A stretch of DNA of 63,096 nt, taken from NCBI GenBank assembly GCA_964509565.1, contig CAZDXE010000002.1, positions 1 to 63,096 on the forward strand. Reading direction: 5' to 3'. This DNA is from an uncultured Dehalococcoidales bacterium. GTDB taxonomy: Bacteria > Chloroflexota > Dehalococcoidia > GIF9 > AB-539-J10. The translations under genes and the position numbers were made by a program. Below are positions 45,670 through 54,519 of this stretch, in pieces (within the stretch, counting starts at the first letter, position 1; every line of letters begins with the position of its first letter). A model generated the notes under the pieces. The model had not been told where the DNA came from and did not search any database. It saw only the letters and a list, made by a program, of their open reading frames with translations.

Positions 45670-47130
45670 TTACTCTAAATAATCCCTGAGTTTTCGGCTC
45701 TTACTGGGATGGCGTAGCTTACGCAAGGCCTTCGACTCAATTTGACGAATCCTTTCACGCGTCACACTGAATTCCTGTCCTACTTCCTCTAAAGTTCTAG
45801 TGTGCCTGTCTTTAAGACCAAATCTGAGTTGGAGCACCCTTTTCTCCCGCGGGGTAAGCTCATCAAGCACCCTATCTATTTCTTCCTTAAGCAACTGCTG
45901 TGTAGCTACTTCATTTGGATCTGGGCTAGCCTCGTCTTTGACAAAGTCACCCAAACGGCTATCATCTTCTCCGCCAATGGGTGTCTCTAGAGATATCGGT
46001 TCGTGGCGAAATAATCCCATAACCTCTTCTACTTTTTCTGGAGTCATATTTAACTGGCTGCCAATTTCTGCATAGCTAGGTTCATATCCGAGATTTTGAG
46101 TTAATTGCCGCATCGTTCGCAATAACTTGTTAATTGTCTCCACCATATGCACAGGGATGCGAATAGTACGAGATTGATCAGCTATAGAGCGAGTAATACC
46201 TTGCCTGATCCACCAAGTAGCATAGGTGCTAAACTTATATCCTTTCCTATGCTGAAATTTATCTACAGCCCTCATAAGGCCGATATTTCCCTCTTGTATA
46301 AGGTCAAGGAGAGACATGCCGTGTCCGATATACTTCTTGGCAATGCTAACTACAAGGCGTAAGTTTGCCCTAGTGAGATGTTCTTTCGCTTTTTCCGCTT
46401 CCCCTCTCACTTTTTCAAAATGGGCTTCATACTGACTATTATGAGAGCGAAGTTGGGAAAGAGATTCATCGCTAGCCAGAAAAGTCTTTATCCCCTGCCA
46501 TGAAAGGTCAACTCCAGCTAGAGTCAACAACTGCACCGGCAAAAGATTGCTGCTCAGTGAAAGATCTATAATATCTTTCACTGCTATCTCAATTTCCTTG
46601 CCAGTCCTTTGAGCAACCACCGCTATCAACTCCAAATCTATCTCGTTATCAATAGCATCATGAAATTTATGATCTTTAATTACCTCTATTGAGCTACAGG
46701 AATGGTCAATCCCTAAGTATTCTCTAACAATCTCGACAATGAAGCGAGCCTTGGACAATCGTGACATTATATCGATTGCTATATCAGCTGCTGAAGGAAT
46801 TTCCTTATGCTTTTTAAAGTAAGCAACTTGAATTTTTTGCAAGTAGCTTGCTCGCTCTATTTTGCGGGACAATTTTCTCTCTTCAGCGGCTGTGAGAAGA
46901 GGCACTTTCCCAATTTCATGGAGGTACATGCGAGCCAAATCATCAGTTACCTCATATTCCTCTCTCTCTACCTGCGTCTTAATTTCTTCAGCGTCTGCTT
47001 CTTCCGCTGTCTCTTCCTCAGCCGCAGCACCACTATCTTCAGTTTCCCCAGCATCGGTAGTGCCTCTCTTTGGTACTGGTTCCCCACTCTCATCCAGCTT
47101 AAGGGCTCCATCTTCATTGAAATCTGTCAT
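45670..47130 (-). CDS. rpoD: Primary RNA polymerase sigma factor (sigma-70/SigA)
   Basis: 486 aa. Acidic N-terminus, region 2 ([16 protein letters not shown]...[11 protein letters not shown]), and region 4 ([20 protein letters not shown]). Confidence 0.96.
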   Translation of the reverse strand: MTDFNEDGALKLDESGEPVPKRGTTDAGETEDSGAAAEEETAEEADAEEIKTQVEREEYEVTDDLARMYLHEIGKVPLLTAAEERKLSRKIERASYLQKIQVAYFKKHKEIPSAADIAIDIMSRLSKARFIVEIVREYLGIDHSCSSIEVIKDHKFHDAIDNEIDLELIAVVAQRTGKEIEIAVKDIIDLSLSSNLLPVQLLTLAGVDLSWQGIKTFLASDESLSQLRSHNSQYEAHFEKVRGEAEKAKEHLTRANLRLVVSIAKKYIGHGMSLLDLIQEGNIGLMRAVDKFQHRKGYKFSTYATWWIRQGITRSIADQSRTIRIPVHMVETINKLLRTMRQLTQNLGYEPSYAEIGSQLNMTPEKVEEVMGLFRHEPISLETPIGGEDDSRLGDFVKDEASPDPNEVATQQLLKEEIDRVLDELTPREKRVLQLRFGLKDRHTRTLEEVGQEFSVTRERIRQIESKALRKLRHPSKSRKLRDYLE

Positions 47131-49028
47131 CTATTCTCTTTCCTGCCTGGTCTCTCTCGTTTAGTGAAAATCTCTTTGAGTTGTTCACTATATTTTATTC
47201 CTTGTTCATCCAGTTTAGCTAATTCAGCACTCACACCTTCCTTCTCTCTAGTGAGATTAAACATCAACTCTCTTCCCGCTTCCAGTCTCTTTGACAAATT
47301 TTCTTGCAATCTAAGGATGCAGTCATTTAGAGCATATTCTTCCATGCCATCTCTATCCAGAATTGGCTTACTCATCAAGTAGTTTAAATTCTCTAGCAGG
47401 CTGGCGTCAAGTTTATCTCTAAATTCGGAGATATTCTGGAAGCACTGCCACTTCGCAAAAATCTCGCGATTCTCCGTACTTTCAAAAAGCTTTGCTTCTA
47501 AGTTCCGAGCTGCCTGCCGAAGTCGCGGGCATTGGAGTAGTAAAGCTAAACAATATTCCTCAATAGGATTGCTTACGAGCGAATAGCTAAAGCTAGGTTG
47601 CTTTGTTGTTGCAGTTAGCTGTGGTTTCCTTTGAGCAATTTGTGATTTCCTCAAGGCTGCTGTTATATCAGATTCTCTAACTTTTAATGTATCTGCCAAC
47701 TTTCGTACATAATGGCCTTGTTGTACAAGATCTTTTATCTCATAAATTAGAGGCAGTAGCTTCTGTAAAGCTAAGGATTTATCCTTAGCTTTATTGGTAT
47801 CAACCTTGCTTATCACAATCTCCAAAGCAAAATCAAGCACAGGTAGAGCTTGCTCCACCAGGCTTTGCCAAAGAGCAGTATCCTCACCTATTACCTCGTC
47901 GGGGTCCTTGCCCGGAGGTAGGAGCATGATTTTTATCTCAGCATCAAGAGTATTCTGATGTTTCACCAACCCAGCCAGAGATGGAGATGGCGCCATTCCT
48001 TTATCCACAGAACTAGCTAGTTCTTTTGACCATGAAAGCGTCGATGTTATCTTCTTATCCAGGGAGTGAGTCAATACTTCTACTCCTCGGAAAGCAGCTT
48101 CTTGCCCAGCAAGATCAGCATCCAGCGCCAAGATTATATTCTTGGTTAATCTTTTGAGGATGCGTGGCTGTTTTTCAGTTATGGAGGTTCCCATTGAAGC
48201 CACTACGTTTTGCCACCCATGTTGGTGGGCTGTGAGAACATCCATATAGCCTTCCACAATTATTACTAGATTCCTTTGTCTTATATTATCCACAGCTCTG
48301 CCAATCCCATAAAGGCAGCTACTCTTATCGAAAACTGGTGTTTGGGGGGAGTTAATGTACTTGGGCAGGGATTCATCTAAAGCCCTGGCGCCAAAACCCA
48401 TAACCCGACTTTGCAAATCGCATATAGGGAACATCAAGCGGTTGCGAAACCTATCATAGCTGTTTCCCTTCTCCTTCTCTATTATCAGACCAGCTTCAAT
48501 TAACTCCTGTGCCACATATCCTTTATTGGCTAAGAATTTCTTAAGGGCATCCCAGCTATTGGAGCTAAAACCTAATCGGAATTCCATAATAGTTTCAGGA
48601 GCAATTTTTCTCTTATCAAGATAGTTCCTGGCTGCTTCTCCAGCCTCAGTGTTTAGAAGTAAATGATGGAAGTATTCAGTGGCTGCTTCGTTGATTTGGA
48701 ATAATCTCTCTTTCTTTTTATCCTCAACACTGCTTGCAGGCCCAACTGAGCTTAAAGTTACACCTGCTCTTTGAGCCAGGAGACGGATGGCCTGCCCAAA
48801 ATCTATCCCCTCCTTTTTCATAATGAAGGAAAAAACATCACCACCGGTGCCGCAGGCACCGAAGCAATGCCACGTCTGTTGCTCGGGAAAGACAAAAAAG
48901 GAAGGATGCTTCTCATTATGAAATGGGCATAATGCCTTGAAGTTACGCCCTGCTTTTAGTAGCGACACATAAGCAGAAATTACCTCTACAATATCTATTC
49001 TCTGTTTTATCTCGCTGGTAATGCTCAT
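47127..49028 (-). CDS. dnaG: DNA primase
   Basis: 633 aa from ATG 49028. CHC2 zinc finger ([11 protein letters not shown]...CFGCGTGGD) and a Toprim domain (EGYMDV...DAD). 4-nt overlap with rpoD. Confidence 0.95.
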   Translation of the reverse strand: MSITSEIKQRIDIVEVISAYVSLLKAGRNFKALCPFHNEKHPSFFVFPEQQTWHCFGACGTGGDVFSFIMKKEGIDFGQAIRLLAQRAGVTLSSVGPASSVEDKKKERLFQINEAATEYFHHLLLNTEAGEAARNYLDKRKIAPETIMEFRLGFSSNSWDALKKFLANKGYVAQELIEAGLIIEKEKGNSYDRFRNRLMFPICDLQSRVMGFGARALDESLPKYINSPQTPVFDKSSCLYGIGRAVDNIRQRNLVIIVEGYMDVLTAHQHGWQNVVASMGTSITEKQPRILKRLTKNIILALDADLAGQEAAFRGVEVLTHSLDKKITSTLSWSKELASSVDKGMAPSPSLAGLVKHQNTLDAEIKIMLLPPGKDPDEVIGEDTALWQSLVEQALPVLDFALEIVISKVDTNKAKDKSLALQKLLPLIYEIKDLVQQGHYVRKLADTLKVRESDITAALRKSQIAQRKPQLTATTKQPSFSYSLVSNPIEEYCLALLLQCPRLRQAARNLEAKLFESTENREIFAKWQCFQNISEFRDKLDASLLENLNYLMSKPILDRDGMEEYALNDCILRLQENLSKRLEAGRELMFNLTREKEGVSAELAKLDEQGIKYSEQLKEIFTKRERPGRKENR

Positions 49029-49053
49029 TGATTTAAACCCTAAACAGGTGTTC

Positions 49054-50127
49054 CTAATCTTCAAAATTCGGGGGTTCGTACTTAGTATTTCTGGTGGATA
49101 GTTCCTCAGCTAATCGTAACGCATACTGGTCTGTCATTCCGGCAATGTAATCAACAACTTTACGTTCCCTATCATCATTCAATGAGGCAATCTCTTGCGG
49201 TAGCCTCCCCTCTTGTTGCAAGAAATAAGAGTATAAAAAATGTATTGTTTCCCTGGCTTTTTCTGCATCGTTGATAGCTAAACTTGGCTTATACACCTTG
49301 TTAAATAGAAACTGGCGAAGGCAATCGGTTGCCTTAATCACCTGAGGGCTCATGGTAATAGCCAGTTTTGCCACATTTCCATGTCCGCTAACTGGCCAGG
49401 AACAACTCACAACATCGCAAACCAGGGTATTAATCCGCTGCGAATGTGTATATCCTAAAACACTTACCGCAGGTTCAGGCAAATCGCTTTCAATAATAAT
49501 TCCAGCCCTCATAGCATCATCAATGTCGTGATTGATGTAAGCAATGACATCTGCTATTTTGCATATCTGGCCTTCCAGAGTATTGACATCTGACCATTGT
49601 TCCCCCAAGACGCCCGCCTGCCCCTTGGAATGTTTAAGGATACCGTCTCTCACTTCCCATGTAAGGTTAAGTCCATGTCCATCATTTTCTAAAAAATCAA
49701 CCACGCGTAAGCTTTGCTCATTATGTCTGAAACCACCAGGATAAAGTCCATCCAGAACCTCCTCCCCCATATGGCCGAAGGGGGTATGGCCCAAGTCATG
49801 CCCTAAAGCAATAGCTTCGGTTAAATCTTCGTTAAGATTCAAAGCTCGCGATATAGTTCTAGCAATTTGGGATACCTCTAAAGTATGAGTAAGTCTGGTC
49901 ACGTAATGGTCGCCTAAAGGAGCAATAAAGACCTGCGTCTTATGTTTCAAGCGGCGGAAGGCCTTGCAGTAGACAATGCGATCACGGTCGCGCTGAAAAC
50001 AAGTTCTTATAGGGCATAGTTTCTCCTCTCTTAACCTGCCTCGACTAAATTTACTCTTAGCCGCATAGGGAGAAAGACCTTCCTCTCGTTTCTCTGTTTG
50101 CTGACGTATATTAAGCTCATCAACCAT
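49054..50127 (-). CDS. dgt: dGTPase-like HD-domain triphosphohydrolase
   Basis: About 357 aa. FQRDRDRI, THTLEVSQIAR, GHDLGHTPFGH. ATG 50127 lies just inside the TTG at 50130. Confidence 0.88.
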   Translation of the reverse strand: MVDELNIRQQTEKREEGLSPYAAKSKFSRGRLREEKLCPIRTCFQRDRDRIVYCKAFRRLKHKTQVFIAPLGDHYVTRLTHTLEVSQIARTISRALNLNEDLTEAIALGHDLGHTPFGHMGEEVLDGLYPGGFRHNEQSLRVVDFLENDGHGLNLTWEVRDGILKHSKGQAGVLGEQWSDVNTLEGQICKIADVIAYINHDIDDAMRAGIIIESDLPEPAVSVLGYTHSQRINTLVCDVVSCSWPVSGHGNVAKLAITMSPQVIKATDCLRQFLFNKVYKPSLAINDAEKARETIHFLYSYFLQQEGRLPQEIASLNDDRERKVVDYIAGMTDQYALRLAEELSTRNTKYEPPNFED

Positions 50128-50429
50128 CAACGCCCTAATTTTGCTTATATAGCAACAATCACATTACTTATCTTGCTTATCCTGCACATGTGGATTACAT
50201 ACCACAACGTAATTTCCATCCATACTTATAATTATATCAAATTTTCCATCCCCGTGCTGGCTGGCCACATACGTCACTTACGCATCCTGCTTTTTATTTT
50301 CTCTTCTACTTTGGCTATATTTAGCTTTGTTGACAGCACTACATCCGGATTCAAAGATATCGAATCTATGCCACGCTCAATAGTCTCTTATCTATCTTAC
50401 CCCTGTCGAGTATATTGAAAAGGAACTTG

Positions 50430-50487
50430 CTAAAATTCGTAGCCCAATGTTGCCTATGTGGTCAGTCAGCAAATTTACAAGCAAAAC
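50430..50487 (+). repeat. Copy 1 of a conserved element of about 55 nt (unknown function), 62-119 nt upstream of metK
   Basis: 50430-50469 matches 62781-62820 at 33/40 positions, including an identical CCTATGTGGTCAG core. After a 6-nt indel, TACAAgCAAAAC (50476-87) matches TACAAtCAAAAC (62821-32). Confidence 0.75.
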
Positions 50488-50548
50488 TTACAAGAATAAG
50501 TTATAATTAGAAGCACAACTTAATTTTGAACTTTAAGTCAAGGCCAAA

Positions 50549-51757
50549 ATGCCAAATAGCTTTAATCATTTAGACTCATACTTAGCCACTTCGGAGTCTG
50601 TTACCGAGGGACATCCGGACAAGTTATGCGACCAGATCTCCGATGCTATTCTTGATGCCATACTGGGAAAAGACCCAATGGCACATGTTGCCTGTGAAGT
50701 CTCCGTCACTACAGGAATGGTGGTAGTAATGGGTGAGATTACTTGCAACTGCTATGTAGAAATACCTAATGTTGTGCGTCAAGTGGTTAAGGACGTGGGC
50801 TACACTCACCTTAAATACGGATTCCACTACCAGACTTGCGGTGTCCTGGTATCCATTAAGGAACAGTCAAAAAACATTACTGACGGCGTTAACCAGTCCA
50901 TGGAAATAAGAACAAGAGAATCGAGCGATGTTTTAGATAAGACTGGCGCCGGTGACCAGGGAATGATGCTCGGTTTTGCCTGCAAAGAAACACCTGAGCT
51001 TATGCCGTTGCCTATCTCGCTGGCACATAAATTGTGTCGTAAATTAGCTGAAGTAAGAAAAGATGAAACCATACCTTACCTTTGCCCTGATGGTAAATCT
51101 CAGGTAACTATAGAATATAGCCACGGCATACCCAAAAGAGTTGTATGCGTTGTCATAGGCGCTCAACATGACCCTAATGTGAAGCACTCTGATATTGAAC
51201 GTGATATTACAGAGAAGGTAATTAACAGGGTTATCCCTGCTGGCCTGGTGGATAATGAAACTAAGTTTTACGTTAACAGTGCGGGGAAATTTGATATCGG
51301 CGGGCCTGTAAGCGATACTGGCTTCACAGGGCGGAAAATCATGGTTGATACTTATGGCAGTGCTTGCCGGCATGGTGGAGGCTGCTTTTCGGGCAAAGAC
51401 CCTACTAAAGTAGACCGTTCTGCTGCCTACATGGCGAGATATGCAGCCAAAAACATAGTGGCTGCCGGACTTGCTGATTCTCTGGAACTTCAGATTGCCT
51501 ACACTATTGGTAGAGCTCACCCACTGTCATTATCCATAGAGACATCTGGCACAGAAAAAGTTCCAGAGAAAATCATATTGAGCCTTATCCATAAACACTT
51601 TGATTTTCGTCCCGAAGCTATCATAAGAACTCTAGATCTACGCCGCCCCATTTATCGCCAGACTGCAGCTTATGGCCATTTCGGAAGAGAGGACCTCAGT
51701 CTTCCCTGGGAAAAAACAGACAAGGCTGAGATATTAAAAACTGAAGCGGGGCTATAG
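50549..51757 (+). CDS. metK: S-adenosylmethionine synthetase
   Basis: 402 aa. [54 protein letters not shown]. Confidence 0.98.
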   Translation: MPNSFNHLDSYLATSESVTEGHPDKLCDQISDAILDAILGKDPMAHVACEVSVTTGMVVVMGEITCNCYVEIPNVVRQVVKDVGYTHLKYGFHYQTCGVLVSIKEQSKNITDGVNQSMEIRTRESSDVLDKTGAGDQGMMLGFACKETPELMPLPISLAHKLCRKLAEVRKDETIPYLCPDGKSQVTIEYSHGIPKRVVCVVIGAQHDPNVKHSDIERDITEKVINRVIPAGLVDNETKFYVNSAGKFDIGGPVSDTGFTGRKIMVDTYGSACRHGGGCFSGKDPTKVDRSAAYMARYAAKNIVAAGLADSLELQIAYTIGRAHPLSLSIETSGTEKVPEKIILSLIHKHFDFRPEAIIRTLDLRRPIYRQTAAYGHFGREDLSLPWEKTDKAEILKTEAGL

Positions 51758-51758
51758 A

Positions 51759-53207
51759 ATGGCTCCAATCAAATTTGGCACTGATGGCTGGAGAGCGATT
51801 ATCGCTGAGGATTTCACCTTTGACAATGTGCGCATTTGCGCTCAAGGAGTAGCGGAGTATTTAAAGGGAAGCGGACTCAGTCAAAAGGCGTTAGTAATTG
51901 GTTATGACACTCGCTTTGCTTCTGAGGATTTCGCTGCCGCTGCCGCTGAGGTAATTGCTGGTAACAATATTAAAGTTCACCTATGTCTCAAGCCAGCTCC
52001 TACCCCAGTAATAAGCTACACAGTTCCTGCCATTAAAGCCGCTGGGGCTATCATTATCACCGCCAGCCATAACCCAGGCTCGTGGAATGGATTCAAGTAT
52101 AAATCACAGGAAGGCGCTAGCGCTTCAACTGAAGTCACTTCCCAAATAGAGAAAAATATTACTCACCTCACTCAAACTCTCTCGCCTCAAGAGAGAAATC
52201 CAGAAGGCGGGGTAAAAAAGATTGCTCTGGATAAAGCTTTAGAGGGAGGGCTGGTAAATTACATAAACCCTGATCCAGCTTACTTTAAACAATTGAACCA
52301 CCTCGTAGATATTCAGGAACTACAGCATCAGAAACTAAAGATAATCGTCGACCCTATGTACGGCGCTGGTGCTGGCTACTTCAAAACACTCCTTCGAGAT
52401 GGTGAGATAGAAATTACTGAAATTAACGCCGAGCGGAACCCCGCATTTCCCGGAATCCAGCCAGAGCCCATTGCCAAAAATCTAACTAAACTTTGCTCCT
52501 TAGTCAAGGAGCAAAAAGCCGACGTTGGCTTAGCCACCGATGGTGATGCTGACCGTATTGGCATCATAAATGAAAAGGGGGAATTCTTAAATCAGCATCA
52601 GGTTTTTGCTCTACTCTGCCTTTACCTTCTGGAAATTCGTGGTGAACGAGGACCAATGATTAAAACGCTCACATCCACTACTATGATTTCTAAATTGGGG
52701 GAAATTTTTAACGTTCCTGTCTATGAAACAGCGGTGGGCTTCAAGTATGTTGCCCCGCTAATGATACAAAAAAAAGCAATTATTGGTGGTGAAGAGAGCG
52801 GCGGCTACGGATTTCGCAGGCATATTCCTGAGAGAGACGGCATTCTTGCCGGGCTTTACTTCCTCGATTTTATGGCAAAAACTGGCAAAACTCCATCCCA
52901 GCTCCTGGATTATCTTTTTAGTAAAGTTGGCCCCCACTACTATGAACGCATTGACTCCAACATTACTAAAACTAAGCGCCAGGTAATCCTGAATCAGCTT
53001 ACCTCTGGTTCCGTAGATACTATAGCTGGCGTTAAGGTTACTGGCATAGATAGCTCCGATGGATTTCGTTTTTCGCTTGCCGATAAATCCTGGCTGTTAA
53101 TTCGCTTTTCAGGGACGGAGCCTCTGGTGCGTCTTTACGCTGAAGGGGAAAGCCTGGAAAAAGTCAGGAAGCTGTTGGGCGAAGGCAAGAAGCTGATAGA
53201 TGTCTGA
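51759..53207 (+). CDS. Phosphoglucomutase/phosphomannomutase family (alpha-D-phosphohexomutase)
   Basis: 482 aa. FGTDGWRA, active-site loop TASHNPGSWNGFK, metal loop ATDGDADRIG, GGEESGG. Confidence 0.92.
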   Translation: MAPIKFGTDGWRAIIAEDFTFDNVRICAQGVAEYLKGSGLSQKALVIGYDTRFASEDFAAAAAEVIAGNNIKVHLCLKPAPTPVISYTVPAIKAAGAIIITASHNPGSWNGFKYKSQEGASASTEVTSQIEKNITHLTQTLSPQERNPEGGVKKIALDKALEGGLVNYINPDPAYFKQLNHLVDIQELQHQKLKIIVDPMYGAGAGYFKTLLRDGEIEITEINAERNPAFPGIQPEPIAKNLTKLCSLVKEQKADVGLATDGDADRIGIINEKGEFLNQHQVFALLCLYLLEIRGERGPMIKTLTSTTMISKLGEIFNVPVYETAVGFKYVAPLMIQKKAIIGGEESGGYGFRRHIPERDGILAGLYFLDFMAKTGKTPSQLLDYLFSKVGPHYYERIDSNITKTKRQVILNQLTSGSVDTIAGVKVTGIDSSDGFRFSLADKSWLLIRFSGTEPLVRLYAEGESLEKVRKLLGEGKKLIDV

Positions 53208-53246
53208 ATAAGATTCCATAAATTCTCTGAATTTTTGGAGGTGGCC

Positions 53247-54317
53247 ATGGCAGAACTTGATAACCTGGAGATATACCGGCGATACGACCCGGATGGGATG
53301 GCGGGGCATCTTCATGGCTTGCCTGTGCAATGCCGCCAGGCCTGGGAAAAGGCCAGCAAATTTGCTTTACCACCTGATTTCAAGGATATTGATAAAGTGG
53401 TCATTTGTGGCATGGGTGGCTCAGCTATTGGTGGTGATTTGCTGCGTAGCTTAACTTTCGAATTAAGCAAACCTCTTGTGTTCGTCAACCGTGGTTATGA
53501 TTTACCTGCTTTCGTTGACTCTAAAACTCTGGTCATCACTTCCAGCTATTCAGGAAATACAGAGGAAACTCTATCTACGTTTACCCAAACATTGGCTACA
53601 CGTTGTAAAAAACTGGTTATTACTACCGGGGGCAAACTGGGGAATCTGGCTCAGGAAAAGAATGTTCCTATTTTCACTATAGATTACCGTGGCCAACCCA
53701 GGGCTGCCCTTGGATACAGCTTTATTCCTCTCATCGCCTTACTTTGTAAAACTGGCTTCCTTGAGAACAAATCGTCTGAGATAGAAGAAATGGCTCGAAC
53801 GCTGGAGGCTCTTTTGCATAATGTGGCAGAAAATGTAGCGACGCCGCTTAACCCGGCTAAGCAGCTAGCTGGTAAATTATTTGGCAAACTGGTAGTTATC
53901 TATGGTGCTGGTATACTTTCCACAGTGGCCCAACGCTGGAAAGGTCAATGCAACGAAAATAGCAAAACATGGGCTTTCTATGAAACTTTTTCTGAACTTA
54001 ACCACAATGCCGTGGTGGGCTACGAGTTTCCTAAAGAAGTGGCTAGCAAGGTGTTTGTACTCATGCTTCGCTGCCCTTCACTCCATCCCAGAATTTTGTC
54101 CCGCTATCAAATAACCAGCGAAATTCTGGAAAAGGTTGAGGTGGGACATGAAATTGTCGACAGTCAAGGCAAGGAGCATTTAACGCAAATGATGAGCCTG
54201 GTTTTTCTTGGCGACTGGGTAAGTTACTATCTGGCGATACTTAATCATACCGATCCAACACCCGTGAAAACCATTGACTATCTTAAAAAACGCTTAAGTG
54301 ATACGGATACACAATGA
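53247..54317 (+). CDS. Bifunctional phosphoglucose/phosphomannose isomerase (SIS-domain PGI/PMI family)
   Basis: 356 aa from ATG 53247 (GGAGGTG RBS). CGMGGSAIGGDLL, SSYSGNTEET, ELNHNAVVG motifs. Confidence 0.85.
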   Translation: MAELDNLEIYRRYDPDGMAGHLHGLPVQCRQAWEKASKFALPPDFKDIDKVVICGMGGSAIGGDLLRSLTFELSKPLVFVNRGYDLPAFVDSKTLVITSSYSGNTEETLSTFTQTLATRCKKLVITTGGKLGNLAQEKNVPIFTIDYRGQPRAALGYSFIPLIALLCKTGFLENKSSEIEEMARTLEALLHNVAENVATPLNPAKQLAGKLFGKLVVIYGAGILSTVAQRWKGQCNENSKTWAFYETFSELNHNAVVGYEFPKEVASKVFVLMLRCPSLHPRILSRYQITSEILEKVEVGHEIVDSQGKEHLTQMMSLVFLGDWVSYYLAILNHTDPTPVKTIDYLKKRLSDTDTQ

Positions 54318-54318
54318 C

Positions 54319-54410
54319 TGGCGGAGGGAGTGGGATTTGAACCCACGACCCCGATTTCTCGGAGTAACCGCTTAGCAGGCGGCCGCACTAGACCACTATG
54401 CGATCCCTCC
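54319..54410 (-). tRNA. tRNA-Ser (anticodon GCU)
   Basis: 92-nt cloverleaf folded by hand. Acceptor GGAGGGA/TCCCTCC, anticodon stem GCCGC/GCGGT with loop CTGCTAA, long variable arm, T-loop GGTTCAAATCC, and an encoded CCA. Confidence 0.93.
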
Positions 54411-54519
54411 AGCCTTATAACGTGATTTATTATGCCAGATATGGCTTGGACTGACAAACTACAGCGCTAACTTTATTATTGAATCTATGCATGCCTTAGT
54501 GAGTTGAAACTATAGTAAG

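Noticed and set aside
50455-50472. Sigma-54 promoter (GG-N10-GC) within the conserved core TGTGGTCAGTCAGCA.
   Set aside because: The GG to GC spacing is 3 nt too short, and the GC is not conserved in copy 2.
50380-50548. SAM-I (S-box) riboswitch upstream of metK. A CTCTTATC string at about 50384 resembles the start of P1.
   Set aside because: The conserved GGAGGGA...CUGGCCC...GCAACC core and a matching P1 3' strand are absent. I also could not match the SAM-II, SAM-V, SAM-VI or SAM/SAH consensus sequences from memory.
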